Assembly: GCA_038886535.1 (NCBI GenBank)
Contig: JAVZXS010000002.1
Coordinates: forward strand, 160,001-224,000
DNA from: Candidatus Micrarchaeia archaeon
GTDB lineage: Archaea > Micrarchaeota > Micrarchaeia > CABMEP01
DNA length: 64,000 bases
Direction of reading: 5' to 3'
Part shown: positions 50,401-58,894 of the stretch, in pieces
How the letters are laid out: each line of letters opens with the position of its first letter
Numbering within the stretch: position 1 is the stretch's first letter
Notes under the pieces: model-generated
Databases searched by the model: none
Told to the model about the DNA's origin: nothing
The model's input: only the letters and a program-made list of their open reading frames with translations
Program-made: the position numbers and the translations under genes

Positions 50401-50550
50401 TTTAATTCTTAAAAAAGGAATTTTTTTCATCAATTTGTTCTTAAAAATAAAGTTTCCTTTTAAATCCAGAATTGCAATATTTACTGGGAGATTTCTGATT
50501 ATTCTTTTCATTAATGGTGTTATAATTTGTTTTGCACCTGCTGTTTCCAT
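47458..50550 (-). CDS. Cytoplasmic multi-PAS/GAF sensor histidine kinase
   Basis: Several PAS repeats, GAF-like region, THELKTP H-box, NLISNAVKFT, DTGIG, GTGIGL; no TM. Confidence 0.94.
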   Translation of the reverse strand: METAGAKQIITPLMKRIIRNLPVNIAILDLKGNFIFKNKLMKKIPFLRIKEIENNEVQRLFLNAVNGKEGIKHLELMIGGKKRKFITICNPITDENNNIVEVMLILNEITEELRKTEELKVVNELLRTLLDVHIILNKPLIEEKILSAVVQKIHKNKYLGCIHLLRIDGKSKELYFYSSTDQTKEEILGFYNDELIEKVKKKGFVIEDVSKGIYRQHKEETGSHSAALYPIKIRNKFYGILTIHFRNEILINRYMIKLIKDLASQISQMIYKKELEESEKRKIDELKLLKKGFTLSAISRLLVKYENNEPVIMHVNSAFTGLYGYDEKEVIGKNPKILKSGLTPLKTYKEMWKSILDKRKGHWEGNIINKDKYGNNIPVRLIIDTVFEKGKPSYFFANHINLTREQELLDEIKKDNEYLKGVFDASVDAIVVGDSNLRFEYVNKAFEKLTGYQLEKIKGKDIHSILSVKEYPLNRLNIFKKTGKSPLIGKTVEVNIRTKEENIPIELTMNKFTIGNEIKLIAILRDIRQRKSIEEKLKEREELYFNIFENISDGIIVLTPIKNGRNFIIKEINERATEISKVKKEEVIGKNIAKMFPGIKKLGLLKQLRQTLKTGKKTQIKNIYYSDPIRKGWRDYYVFKIKTGDLIIVYRDITKEKEIIDLITESEKRYRTLFQNINDIYFELNDKLNIELVTPSIERYGLKTTELIGKNIFDIYSDKKLIKKIISAVKRDGIYHDDIEISLDGKKYDVEILAQGELEKNKLNKIYIMFHDITERKEKENLEKNYRIELEKEVENKTKELNEKLQQIERLEETKDEFIRNMTHELKTPTSVILTNLEMLKQMAPIGKEKEWLKMIEMLQRSGERLKNSIDQILNLTRLSSVALNKERTIINDLINEIYEEYSPLANKKGIVIKRELEPIVAMIDKNLFSLMLSNLISNAVKFTDKGEIKIETKSFDHKFMIAVEDTGIGMTEEEKSHIFEKFYKADPNSPGTGIGLTIVKEIVDKHKGEINVKSEKGKGTRFEIILPRE

Positions 50551-50592
50551 GATTTATTTTTATATAGTATATTTTTAAATTTATTTAATCAG

Positions 50593-50705
50593 GGCCGCAG
50601 AGGGGAATCGAACCCCTGCTTGGAGGTTTCTGCATCTTTGATGAAACTTTCCTTTGCAGAAAGTTCCTCCACAGCCTCCCGTCCTGCCATTAGACGACCG
50701 CGGCC
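50593..50705 (-). tRNA. tRNA-His(GTG) with encoded G-1 and 41-nt intron at 37/38 (intron 50628-50668)
   Basis: G-GCCGCGG/CTGCGGC-C acceptor, GGAGG-CT-GTG-G..A-CCTCC, AGGGG-TTCGATT-CCCCT; central helix CTGT/GCAG. Confidence 0.94.
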
Positions 50706-50766
50706 ATATTTTCTAACTTTCAATATTCTCTAAAACTAAATTATATTGCTTTTAAAAGATATAAAC

Positions 50767-51861
50767 TTATCTGGTTATCTTTGCATTTTCAATTATTTGC
50801 TTAGTTTCTGCAGCTTCCTTATTTTTCTTGAAATATTCTCTGACTGGTTCAAGTATCTCTATTAAATTTTCTGCAACTGAATTTTTAAGGTCCATCGGAT
50901 GAAGTTTTCCTTCAGAATAAATGTTTGTCAACTCATCAAAAGAATGGATCTCGATATTTCCTCCAAATTTTGCAGGCCTTTCTATTATCATTTCATTTTT
51001 TTCTCTAAAGATGACATGTTTTGCAAGATCCATTATTGGATTATTTTCAACTTCCTTTTCGGGGCAGAACGCCTTTGATATCTTTGTTCTTATTTCTTCA
51101 GGTTCATCATAAATGAATATCGCTGTGTTTGGTTTTGATTTTGACATCTTCACCGCACTCAATGCCTCTTTTCTTTCAGTTGGATCTTTTGGTAAAGGCC
51201 AGATTGGAGGTTTTACAAGACCTTGCAATAAATGATGATGGACAGGAACAGGTTTCCAGAATCCAATCTTTTCTCCAACCTCCATTGCAACCACATTTGC
51301 CTTTCTCTGATCCATTCCTAATTGAGGAATCTGAACACCGAAATGAAATATATCTGCAACCTGCATTGGAGTGTAAAGAAGAGAAGCAAGCTTTAATCCT
51401 TCGCTTTCTTTTCTTCCAGCTATTTCCAATGTTCTTATTCCTCTTGCAAGCGTCATTTCTTTTGCAACCTTTACAACTATCTCCCAGTAATCAAGATCAT
51501 CATATAGCTGGTCAGGCCAAATGAATTCTATCTTATCTTCAGGTACTCCCAAAGCTATCCATGAATGCTTGAAGTGCATGGCTGCCTTCTTAATCAATTC
51601 TCTGTCTCCACCAAGTTTGTCATTTATCCAGGCATGCCAGGTTGCAAGATATACTTTGAATTTTATTCCCGCCTGAATAAAATCTTTCATTTTGTAAGAA
51701 CATATCAAACCAGTTCCTAGATGAACCTTTCCAGACGGCTCAAATCCATTGTATGCTACTGGCCTGTCGTTTGTCTCTAAAAGTTCTCTTAGTGCCTGGA
51801 CAGTTATGATTTCATCTGTAGGCGGCCTTGCAATAAGTTCAATTTTTGTTTCAATATCCAT
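50767..51861 (-). CDS. tyrS: Tyrosyl-tRNA synthetase
   Basis: YNGFEPSGKVHLG, YTPMQVAD, GMDQRK, KMSKS, LHPMDLK. Confidence 0.96.
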   Translation of the reverse strand: MDIETKIELIARPPTDEIITVQALRELLETNDRPVAYNGFEPSGKVHLGTGLICSYKMKDFIQAGIKFKVYLATWHAWINDKLGGDRELIKKAAMHFKHSWIALGVPEDKIEFIWPDQLYDDLDYWEIVVKVAKEMTLARGIRTLEIAGRKESEGLKLASLLYTPMQVADIFHFGVQIPQLGMDQRKANVVAMEVGEKIGFWKPVPVHHHLLQGLVKPPIWPLPKDPTERKEALSAVKMSKSKPNTAIFIYDEPEEIRTKISKAFCPEKEVENNPIMDLAKHVIFREKNEMIIERPAKFGGNIEIHSFDELTNIYSEGKLHPMDLKNSVAENLIEILEPVREYFKKNKEAAETKQIIENAKITR

Positions 51862-51970
51862 AAGCTATTTTTCTAGCTAAGACTTATAAATATTTAACAG
51901 CTAAAGAAAGATATAAAAATTAATTTATACAAATATATCTAAACATTCAACATTTTTATTAGGTGATTAT

Positions 51971-52084
51971 TTGGGTTCTAGACCAAGAAAATGGAAGAAA
52001 AAAGGAAAAATGAGATGGAAATGGATTAAGAAGAGAAGAAAGAAAATGAGAAGAATGCAGAAGAGAAGAGTAGGAGAACTGTAA
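51971..52084 (+). CDS. rpl41e: Ribosomal protein eL41 (37 aa), absent from ORF track
   Basis: TTG start after AGGTGA; MGSRPRKWKKKGKMRWKWIKKRRKKMRRMQKRRVGEL has the RPRKWKKKG-x-MRWKW signature. Confidence 0.92.
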   Translation: MGSRPRKWKKKGKMRWKWIKKRRKKMRRMQKRRVGEL

Positions 52085-52093
52085 GGTGTTTTT

Positions 52094-52261
52094 ATGACAA
52101 GAAGCTTCATAAAAAACATGTCTTCATGGTTCAAGTCAACTTTTTGGGATAGGGTTTTCTCTAAAAAGCCAGAGCCATATTCCAAAAAGGAAAAAACACC
52201 TAAGCAGTATTATAAAGGAAAAGAACGCCAGCAAATCTCTTCCATGAAAAAGAAAAGATAA
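52094..52261 (+). CDS. Small basic hypothetical protein (55 aa), absent from ORF track
   Basis: AAGGTG SD overlapping eL41 stop; MTRSFIKNMSSWFKSTFWDRVFSKKPEPYSKKEKTPKQYYKGKERQQISSMKKKR; T-tract follows. Confidence 0.62.
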   Translation: MTRSFIKNMSSWFKSTFWDRVFSKKPEPYSKKEKTPKQYYKGKERQQISSMKKKR

Positions 52262-52303
52262 TTTTTTTAGATTTTTATTTATATTTTTATATCGGCGTGT
52301 CTT

Positions 52304-53113
52304 ATGGTAAAAAGATCAATAAAAATAAAAGGTAAATCTGCAAAAAGCAAACTTACTCATTCTAATTCTTCAAAGAAGGAATACAGCCTTTATAAGCTTA
52401 TAACAGCTAGGAACATAGGCGCATTGACTGAAAAAGAACAGGATATTCTTTTTAATGCAAAGATTGCAGTTGTTGGCTGCGGTGGCCTTGGTGGAATTGC
52501 TATAGATCTCCTTGCAAGGGCAGGAGTAGGAAATCTGACCATTGCAGATGGAGATGTATTTGAAATTTCAAATCTAAATAGGCAGATCTTTAGCAGCTAT
52601 TCAGTGATTGGCAAAAAGAAAGTAGATATAATAAAGAAAAGAGTCTTAGATATTTCTCCTTCAATTAAGATTAAAACCTATGACAAATTTGTTGATTCAG
52701 AAGAAGCAGCATTTAATCTATTGAAAGGACATGATTTAGTAGTTGATGGCTTAGACAATGTTCTTTCAAGAATCTATCTTTCAAGAGCAGCAAAGGACCT
52801 GCAGATACCATATGTCTTCGGTGCAGCAGAAAAGACAAGAGGCTATTCAACTATATTTCTTCCAAAAGGCCAGAGCTATGAATCAATATTCATGCTTCCT
52901 TCAAACGGTAAGAGAATAGATGAAAAGCTGAAAGAAAGATTACAAAAGGCAGGCGGATGCTATTCCATACTCGGTATAACTGCAAATATCATAGGTTCAA
53001 TAGAGGCAATGCAGACAATCAATCTTCTCTTAAATAAGCCTTATGTGCGTGCACCAGAATTTATTCACATTTCTTTATTTGATTCAGTTCCATTTAGAGT
53101 TTCATCCCTCTAA
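52304..53113 (+). CDS. ThiF/MoeB/UbaA E1-like adenylyltransferase
   Basis: VVGCGGLG, DGDVFEISNLNRQ, VDGLDN..R. Confidence 0.92.
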   Translation: MVKRSIKIKGKSAKSKLTHSNSSKKEYSLYKLITARNIGALTEKEQDILFNAKIAVVGCGGLGGIAIDLLARAGVGNLTIADGDVFEISNLNRQIFSSYSVIGKKKVDIIKKRVLDISPSIKIKTYDKFVDSEEAAFNLLKGHDLVVDGLDNVLSRIYLSRAAKDLQIPYVFGAAEKTRGYSTIFLPKGQSYESIFMLPSNGKRIDEKLKERLQKAGGCYSILGITANIIGSIEAMQTINLLLNKPYVRAPEFIHISLFDSVPFRVSSL

Positions 53114-53160
53114 TCTAAATGGCCTTTAATCTAAACAATAACATTTAAACCAGTGATTTT

Positions 53161-53991
53161 ATGAAATTCGGCACAGCTGGAGTTCCAATCTCATGTGAAA
53201 AAAGAGATTCGATTTCTGGAATAGAATGTGTTTACAAATTAGGCTTAGATGCATTTGAGTTAGAATTCGTGCATGGATGTAGGATGAGTGAAGAAAGTGC
53301 GAAGGAGGCAGGACAGATTGCTAAAAAATATAACATAGTTCTAAGCGCACACGCTTCATATTATTTGAATCTGCTTTCTGAAGAGAAGCTGAAATATAAG
53401 AAAACAGTAGATGAAATAATCAAAACAGCAAAGATACTTGATATTGCAGGAGGGGATAGATTAGTTTTTCATCCTGGTTTTTTCTTGAAGATGAGTCATG
53501 ATAAGGCTTATGAGCGAATGAAAAGAGAGTTTAAGTCTCTTGCTAAGCAGATAAAAGAGAATAATTTTAATGTTCATCTTGCTCCAGAGACAACTGGAAA
53601 ACCAACTGCATTCGGTTCATTTGAAGATCTTTATTCTCTTGCAGAAGAGATCGGATACGATTTAATAAGGCCAACAATTGATTGGGCACATATACATGCA
53701 AGAGAGAATGGAAGGTTTAAGACAAAAGAAGATTATGTTAAGGTATTGGAGTTTGTAGAAAAGAAAACAGGAAAAGAGGGATTAAGGACGCTTCATTGTC
53801 ACATGTCATCCATCAACTTCACTTCAAAAGGAGAGCGAAATCACCTTACGATGGATAATGACATTCCTCCAGTCAAACCGCTTTTTGAAGCATTGCATGA
53901 ATTTAAATGTGATGGTGTGATAATCTCTGAATCGCCAAACATTGAAAAAGATGCAATTTATATGAAGAAATTGTTCAACTCTATAAAGTAG
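53161..53991 (+). CDS. Endonuclease IV-like TIM-barrel nuclease
   Basis: FGTAG, SAHASYY, VFHPG, PETTGK, DWAH.HAR, HCH, ISESP. Confidence 0.9.
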   Translation: MKFGTAGVPISCEKRDSISGIECVYKLGLDAFELEFVHGCRMSEESAKEAGQIAKKYNIVLSAHASYYLNLLSEEKLKYKKTVDEIIKTAKILDIAGGDRLVFHPGFFLKMSHDKAYERMKREFKSLAKQIKENNFNVHLAPETTGKPTAFGSFEDLYSLAEEIGYDLIRPTIDWAHIHARENGRFKTKEDYVKVLEFVEKKTGKEGLRTLHCHMSSINFTSKGERNHLTMDNDIPPVKPLFEALHEFKCDGVIISESPNIEKDAIYMKKLFNSIK

Positions 53992-54064
53992 CTATTAATA
54001 TATTATTTACAGCTCAAATTTTGGTTTGACATCACTTTTTTAAATTATATTACTAAATCATTTT

Positions 54065-55279
54065 ATGGCAAAGAAAATCAAATCTTCTGGCAATTCTAGA
54101 TCAATAGGTCCAAAAAGGCCTAGATCTTTAATTTCAAAACGCATTCCTGAGAGCAGGGATGAAAAAAGAGATCTTATTTTCATGGATTATGCATCGTCTA
54201 CACCAATACGGGAAGAAGTTTTGGAGGCGATGCAACCATATCTTAAAAATAAATTTGGAAATCCATCTTCTCTCCATTATTATGGCCGTGAAGCAAAGCT
54301 GGCAATAGAAGAATCAAAGGAAATAATTGCAAAGACAATCAATGCATCCCCAGAGGAAATCATTTTCACCTCAGGTTCAACAGAATCTTCAGTTCTTGCA
54401 ATAAGAGGAGTAGCCAAAGCAAAGATTGCATATGGTAGTCACATATTATCCTCAGCGATAGAGCACGATCCAGTATTTTCAACATGTAAATCACTGGTTA
54501 CAGAAGGTTATACTCTTTCAAGTCTTCTTGTAGATGTAGATGGAATGATAAGCATAGCGGATTTAAGATCAAAGATAACTCCAAAGACAATACTTGTATC
54601 TATACAGCATTCAAACGGAGAGATAGGAACAATTCAGCAAATAGAAGATGTGGGAAGAATAACAAAAGAAAAAAACGTGACCTTACATACTGATGCAACA
54701 TTTTCTTATGGCTGGGTTCCATTAGATGTCAAAAAGATGAATGTAGATTTAATGACATTTGATGCGCATCATTCCTATGGTCCTAAGGGGATTGGTGCAC
54801 TTTATGTAAAGAATGGAACTCCTATCAAGCCGATTTTTCCAAATAGAGAGAACATTCTTCGACCAGGTACACTGAGTGTTGCATCTATAGTGGGTTTTGC
54901 TACTGCCGCAGAGTTAGCACATAAAGAAATGAACAAGAATCAAAAGAACCTGATCAAGCTTCAAAAGATGTTTATTGATTATGTGGAAGAAAACATAAAA
55001 TTCGTGAAACTTAACGGTCATCTTACAAAAAGATTGCCAAATAATGTTAACTTTAGCTTCAGTGGAATAACTGGTACTGAACTTGTTAAGCAACTTGAGG
55101 AGAAAGGATTTATCACCTCAACTTGCATAGATTGCAGGGTTCTTGAGGCAATAGGTGTCAAAGGAGAGAAATTTACTGGATCCGTAAGATTCACATTTGG
55201 AAAAGACACTAGTCAGGAAGAAGTAAAAAGATTATCTATAACGTTGAAATCACTTGTGGAAAAAGCGAGACATAGCTAA
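54065..55279 (+). CDS. Cysteine desulfurase-like protein with degenerate active site
   Basis: DYASSTP, GNPSS.H, EH, EIGTIQ, GPKG, RPGT retained; SxHK replaced by DAHH; GSAC loop replaced by STCIDC. Confidence 0.85.
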   Translation: MAKKIKSSGNSRSIGPKRPRSLISKRIPESRDEKRDLIFMDYASSTPIREEVLEAMQPYLKNKFGNPSSLHYYGREAKLAIEESKEIIAKTINASPEEIIFTSGSTESSVLAIRGVAKAKIAYGSHILSSAIEHDPVFSTCKSLVTEGYTLSSLLVDVDGMISIADLRSKITPKTILVSIQHSNGEIGTIQQIEDVGRITKEKNVTLHTDATFSYGWVPLDVKKMNVDLMTFDAHHSYGPKGIGALYVKNGTPIKPIFPNRENILRPGTLSVASIVGFATAAELAHKEMNKNQKNLIKLQKMFIDYVEENIKFVKLNGHLTKRLPNNVNFSFSGITGTELVKQLEEKGFITSTCIDCRVLEAIGVKGEKFTGSVRFTFGKDTSQEEVKRLSITLKSLVEKARHS

Positions 55280-55327
55280 TATCTTTAATTTTTTATTTTA
55301 GTTTAATTTTAGATAATTTGTGATTTA

Positions 55328-57433
55328 ATGATTGGAATAAAGAAAGTTCAAAAGAGAGATGGTTCAATAGTAAAATTCGATCAATCTAAAATCACAAATG
55401 CAGTTTACAAAGCAACGGAAGCCGCAAAAACACCAGATATGAAACTTGCACAAAAGATTTCAGATAGAGTTGTTAAAAAGCTCTCTGCCGTCTTTAAAAA
55501 CAAGATACCTTCAGTTGAAGAGATACAAGACATAGTTGTAGAAGAACTTTTAAGGGAGAATAAAAAAATTGCAAAACTTTACATCAACTACAGAAGAGAA
55601 AGAGCAGAGATAAGAGAAAAGAAAAAAGTTCTTTTTGGAGTTTATGATGATCTTAAATTGGATCTAAATGCAACTAAGGTATTGGCTTCAAGATATCTAC
55701 AGAAAGACGTTAGCGGAAAAATCATCGAAACTCCAAAGCAAATGTTTAAGCGAGTCGCAAAGAAAATCGCAGAATCAGATCGAGTTTATGGAGAAGATGT
55801 GAAAAAATCAGAAAAAGTTTTCTATGAAATGATGAGCAATCTTGAATTTCTGCCAAATTCACCAACATTAATGAATGCAGGAACAAGATTAGGACAGCTT
55901 TCCGCATGTTTTGTGCTTCCAATAGATGATTCTTTAGAAAGTATTTTTGAGACATTGAAGCACGCAGCACTCATACATCAAAGCGGAGGAGGAACTGGTT
56001 TTTCATTTTCAAGGATTAGGCCAAAAGGTGACTTAGTACGTTCTACAATGTCAATCGCATCAGGTCCTGTTTCATTCATGAAGATATACGATGCGATGAC
56101 AGAAACAATAAAGCAAGGGGGGAGAAGGCGCGGTGCAAACATGGGTGTTTTGAGATGCGATCATCCAGATATAATTGAATTTATCAATTCCAAAAAACAA
56201 GGTGGACTGAAAAACTTTAACATCTCAATCGCGGCTACAGATCGTTTCATGAAAGCAGTTCAAAAAGATGACGATTATGAATTAATAAATCCAAGAACGG
56301 GGGAAGTAACAAAAACAATCTCTGCAAGAGAAGTGTTTAATCTTGCAGCTGAACAAGCATGGGAAATAGGCGATCCAGGAATTATATTTATAGATAGAAT
56401 TAATAAATTACATCCATTAAGAAAAATTGGAGAAATAGAGGCTACAAATCCTTGTGGTGAGCAGCCTTTATTGCCATACGAATCTTGTAATCTAGGAAGT
56501 ATAAACCTTACTAAATTCATACTTTCAGATGGAAGTGATTTTGATTGGGATAGATTAGAAATTGCAATTCAAAATGCAGTGCATTTTTTAGACAATGTTA
56601 TTGATGCAAATTCTATTCCTATTAGTGAAATAGATAGAGTTACAAAAGCAAATAGAAAGATAGGATTGGGTATAATGGGATGGGCGGATTCTCTCATTCT
56701 TCTTGGAATTAGATACGATAGTAAAGAAGCAATTTTAATGGCTGAAAAGCTGATGAGATTTATAAGACAGATATCATACAATACATCTACAGATCTTGCA
56801 ACTAAAAGAGGAAGCTATCCAAACTTCAAATTTGCAATTTATCCATCCAGATATAAACGATTAAGAAATGCAACATTAAATACCATTGCGCCAACAGGTT
56901 CGCTTTCAATAATTGCAGGTGTATCTTCTGGAATCGAGCCTTTATTTGCAGTTGCTTATTATAGACAAGTGCTAGAAAACATGAAGCTGATAGAGATAAA
57001 TAGAATCTTTCATTCTATTTCTATTGAAAGAGGTTTCTATAGCAGATCATTAATGGAAAAGATCTCACATGGTTTATCAATACAGAAAATGAGTGAAATT
57101 CCAAGAGATGTAAGAGATTTGTTTGTTACTGCTTATGATATTGAACCGATATGGCATTTAAAAATGCAAGCAGCTTTCCAAAAATATGTTGATAATGCAG
57201 TTTCAAAAACAATAAATCTGCCATATGACGCAACTGTAGATGAAGTTGAAGACATCTATCTTAAGGCATACGAATTAGGAATAAAGGGAATAACTGTTTA
57301 TAGATATGGAAGCAAAGTAGAGCAAGTAATATACCTGGGTCTTCCAAAAGAAGTGGGCGAAGAACAGAAAAGAAAGGTCACTGTTTCTTCTGAATTCGCA
57401 GGCCATTGTTCATCAGGTATTTGCCAATTATGA
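55328..57433 (+). CDS. nrdJ: Class II (AdoCbl-dependent) ribonucleotide reductase with ATP cone
   Basis: VQKRDG ATP cone, PNSPTLMNAG, SACFV, TNPCGEQPL, ESCNLGS, IAPTG, C-terminal CSSGIC; no beta subunit nearby. Confidence 0.9.
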   Translation: MIGIKKVQKRDGSIVKFDQSKITNAVYKATEAAKTPDMKLAQKISDRVVKKLSAVFKNKIPSVEEIQDIVVEELLRENKKIAKLYINYRRERAEIREKKKVLFGVYDDLKLDLNATKVLASRYLQKDVSGKIIETPKQMFKRVAKKIAESDRVYGEDVKKSEKVFYEMMSNLEFLPNSPTLMNAGTRLGQLSACFVLPIDDSLESIFETLKHAALIHQSGGGTGFSFSRIRPKGDLVRSTMSIASGPVSFMKIYDAMTETIKQGGRRRGANMGVLRCDHPDIIEFINSKKQGGLKNFNISIAATDRFMKAVQKDDDYELINPRTGEVTKTISAREVFNLAAEQAWEIGDPGIIFIDRINKLHPLRKIGEIEATNPCGEQPLLPYESCNLGSINLTKFILSDGSDFDWDRLEIAIQNAVHFLDNVIDANSIPISEIDRVTKANRKIGLGIMGWADSLILLGIRYDSKEAILMAEKLMRFIRQISYNTSTDLATKRGSYPNFKFAIYPSRYKRLRNATLNTIAPTGSLSIIAGVSSGIEPLFAVAYYRQVLENMKLIEINRIFHSISIERGFYSRSLMEKISHGLSIQKMSEIPRDVRDLFVTAYDIEPIWHLKMQAAFQKYVDNAVSKTINLPYDATVDEVEDIYLKAYELGIKGITVYRYGSKVEQVIYLGLPKEVGEEQKRKVTVSSEFAGHCSSGICQL

Positions 57434-57486
57434 TTTTTGAACCGAATAGTTTTTTTCTAAATTGATGTCTTTTCGTTTCTTTATGT

Positions 57487-58107
57487 TCATTCGGTTTCTT
57501 CCTCTTCTTTAGATTCTTTCCGTTTTTGATACCTGCCTCTCTTTTCTATTTCATCCATTTGTCCGATTATCTTTTCCCATCCTTTAAGATTTTTGTATCC
57601 TTCTAAAAAATATTTGAAATTTCTCCCTATAGATCTTTTCATTAATAAAACATCTATTGCTCTCTCTTCTGGATCCTTTGAAAATTCTGCGAGACCAAAA
57701 TCTATGATATATGGTTCATTTTTTATGAACATTACATTTGCAGGGGTGAAGTCACCATGTGTTATTCCTATTGAATGAAGCTTACAGAGTAGCTTTCCAA
57801 CGTTTCTATAATCATTAGGAGAATTTTTTCGATCTTTCATTAATTTTCCTTCAAGCCTTTCAAGAATCAACTCGTATTTGCCGGCATGGTATATTTTAGG
57901 AACATTTATGCTATTTTTTAAGGCGTGAAGTATGCATCTTGCTTCTGTTTTGTTTCTCGTTTTTCTAAGTATTTCATCTAATTCACTTATTCTGTATTCC
58001 TTTTTATCTCTGATTTTTATAACAACAGGAAGACCAAATAAATCAGAGAAATAGACCTTTGCTTCTGCGCCTCTGCTTTTGTAATTCCTTTGTTTACTTT
58101 GGCTCAC
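57487..58107 (-). CDS. bud32: KEOPS kinase Bud32
   Basis: RGAEA, KEYR, TEAR, HGDFTPAN, IDFGL, RGRY; GTG start overlapping upstream stop. Confidence 0.94.
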   Translation of the reverse strand: MSQSKQRNYKSRGAEAKVYFSDLFGLPVVIKIRDKKEYRISELDEILRKTRNKTEARCILHALKNSINVPKIYHAGKYELILERLEGKLMKDRKNSPNDYRNVGKLLCKLHSIGITHGDFTPANVMFIKNEPYIIDFGLAEFSKDPEERAIDVLLMKRSIGRNFKYFLEGYKNLKGWEKIIGQMDEIEKRGRYQKRKESKEEEETE

Positions 58108-58790
58108 TCTTCTCCCTTCTTTTCTTTGAGAACGGTCGGTCCCCTCTTTAGAAATTCACCCAAGCTTCTTGCACCACTTTTTGTTATAATATAAGAACCT
58201 GTGAATACTATTGCTGCAACAAATGGATTCAATCCTAGTGCCAATGCACCTATGCTTCCTCCACCTATCAATGGCAGAGAGGGCGAAGTGAGCAACTCAG
58301 CTATTTTTTCACTTAAAGTAGGTGGTGTTTTAGTGAATGGATTTATCTCTATTAACGTCTTTCCATTCTTCATAATTCTTACAGCACCATCCTCTTCACT
58401 TGAGATTATAGAAAGAGTTCCTGGCACTTCAGATATCCCAAGCGCAGCGCTATGTCTTGTGCCATGTCCTTTGTAATGTTTTGTCTTTTTAATTTGAGCG
58501 CCATATGCAATAAGATATCCGTCTTCATCGATTATTATTGCACCATCAAGTTCAGCAAGCTTCCTTATAACTGGAAGGATTCTCTGATTATTTATTTTGA
58601 CTTTTGTTTTTTCCAATATATCAGTGTATAACCATGAATAGTACGGTTTAAGATTTCTATTAGTGATTATGAAGAATGAACCTTTTTTTTCCTGTCCGAA
58701 TTCCATTGCGAGATCAATCACTAATTTAACTATATTCTTTTCTAAGTCTATATCATTGATTATTTTTTCTTTCACTTTTTTATCTACCAT
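58104..58790 (-). CDS. Diadenylate cyclase (DAC/DisA_N domain) with C-terminal hydrophobic segment
   Basis: LAELDGAIII, GHGTRHSAA, SSEEDG; hydrophobic LIGGGSIGALALGLNPFVAAIVF; ATG 58790 after AGGTGG. Confidence 0.87.
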   Translation of the reverse strand: MVDKKVKEKIINDIDLEKNIVKLVIDLAMEFGQEKKGSFFIITNRNLKPYYSWLYTDILEKTKVKINNQRILPVIRKLAELDGAIIIDEDGYLIAYGAQIKKTKHYKGHGTRHSAALGISEVPGTLSIISSEEDGAVRIMKNGKTLIEINPFTKTPPTLSEKIAELLTSPSLPLIGGGSIGALALGLNPFVAAIVFTGSYIITKSGARSLGEFLKRGPTVLKEKKGEE

Positions 58791-58894
58791 TATTTCCACC
58801 TATATTTCTTCAATTTTAATTTGAATTGGTCGTATAATTAATTAGTAGACAAATGTATATAAACTTTAATGCAATTTTTTCTAAAACTTGCAAG

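Noticed and set aside
5060..50705. tRNA genes as active integration sites
   Set aside because: No integrase and no distant duplicated tRNA 3' end found by eye
51967..52185. 72-aa minus-strand ORF in the track
   Set aside because: Antisense to eL41 and the 55-aa ORF, which have SD motifs and, for eL41, a recognisable signature
52094..52261. 55-aa ORF as ubiquitin-like substrate of the neighbouring ThiF
   Set aside because: No C-terminal Gly-Gly and no beta-grasp-like pattern
19384..57433. Inteins in RNA polymerase, LonB or RNR; alternative genetic code
   Set aside because: Protein lengths leave no room for inteins, and conserved genes translate fully under the standard code with TAA, TAG and TGA as stops
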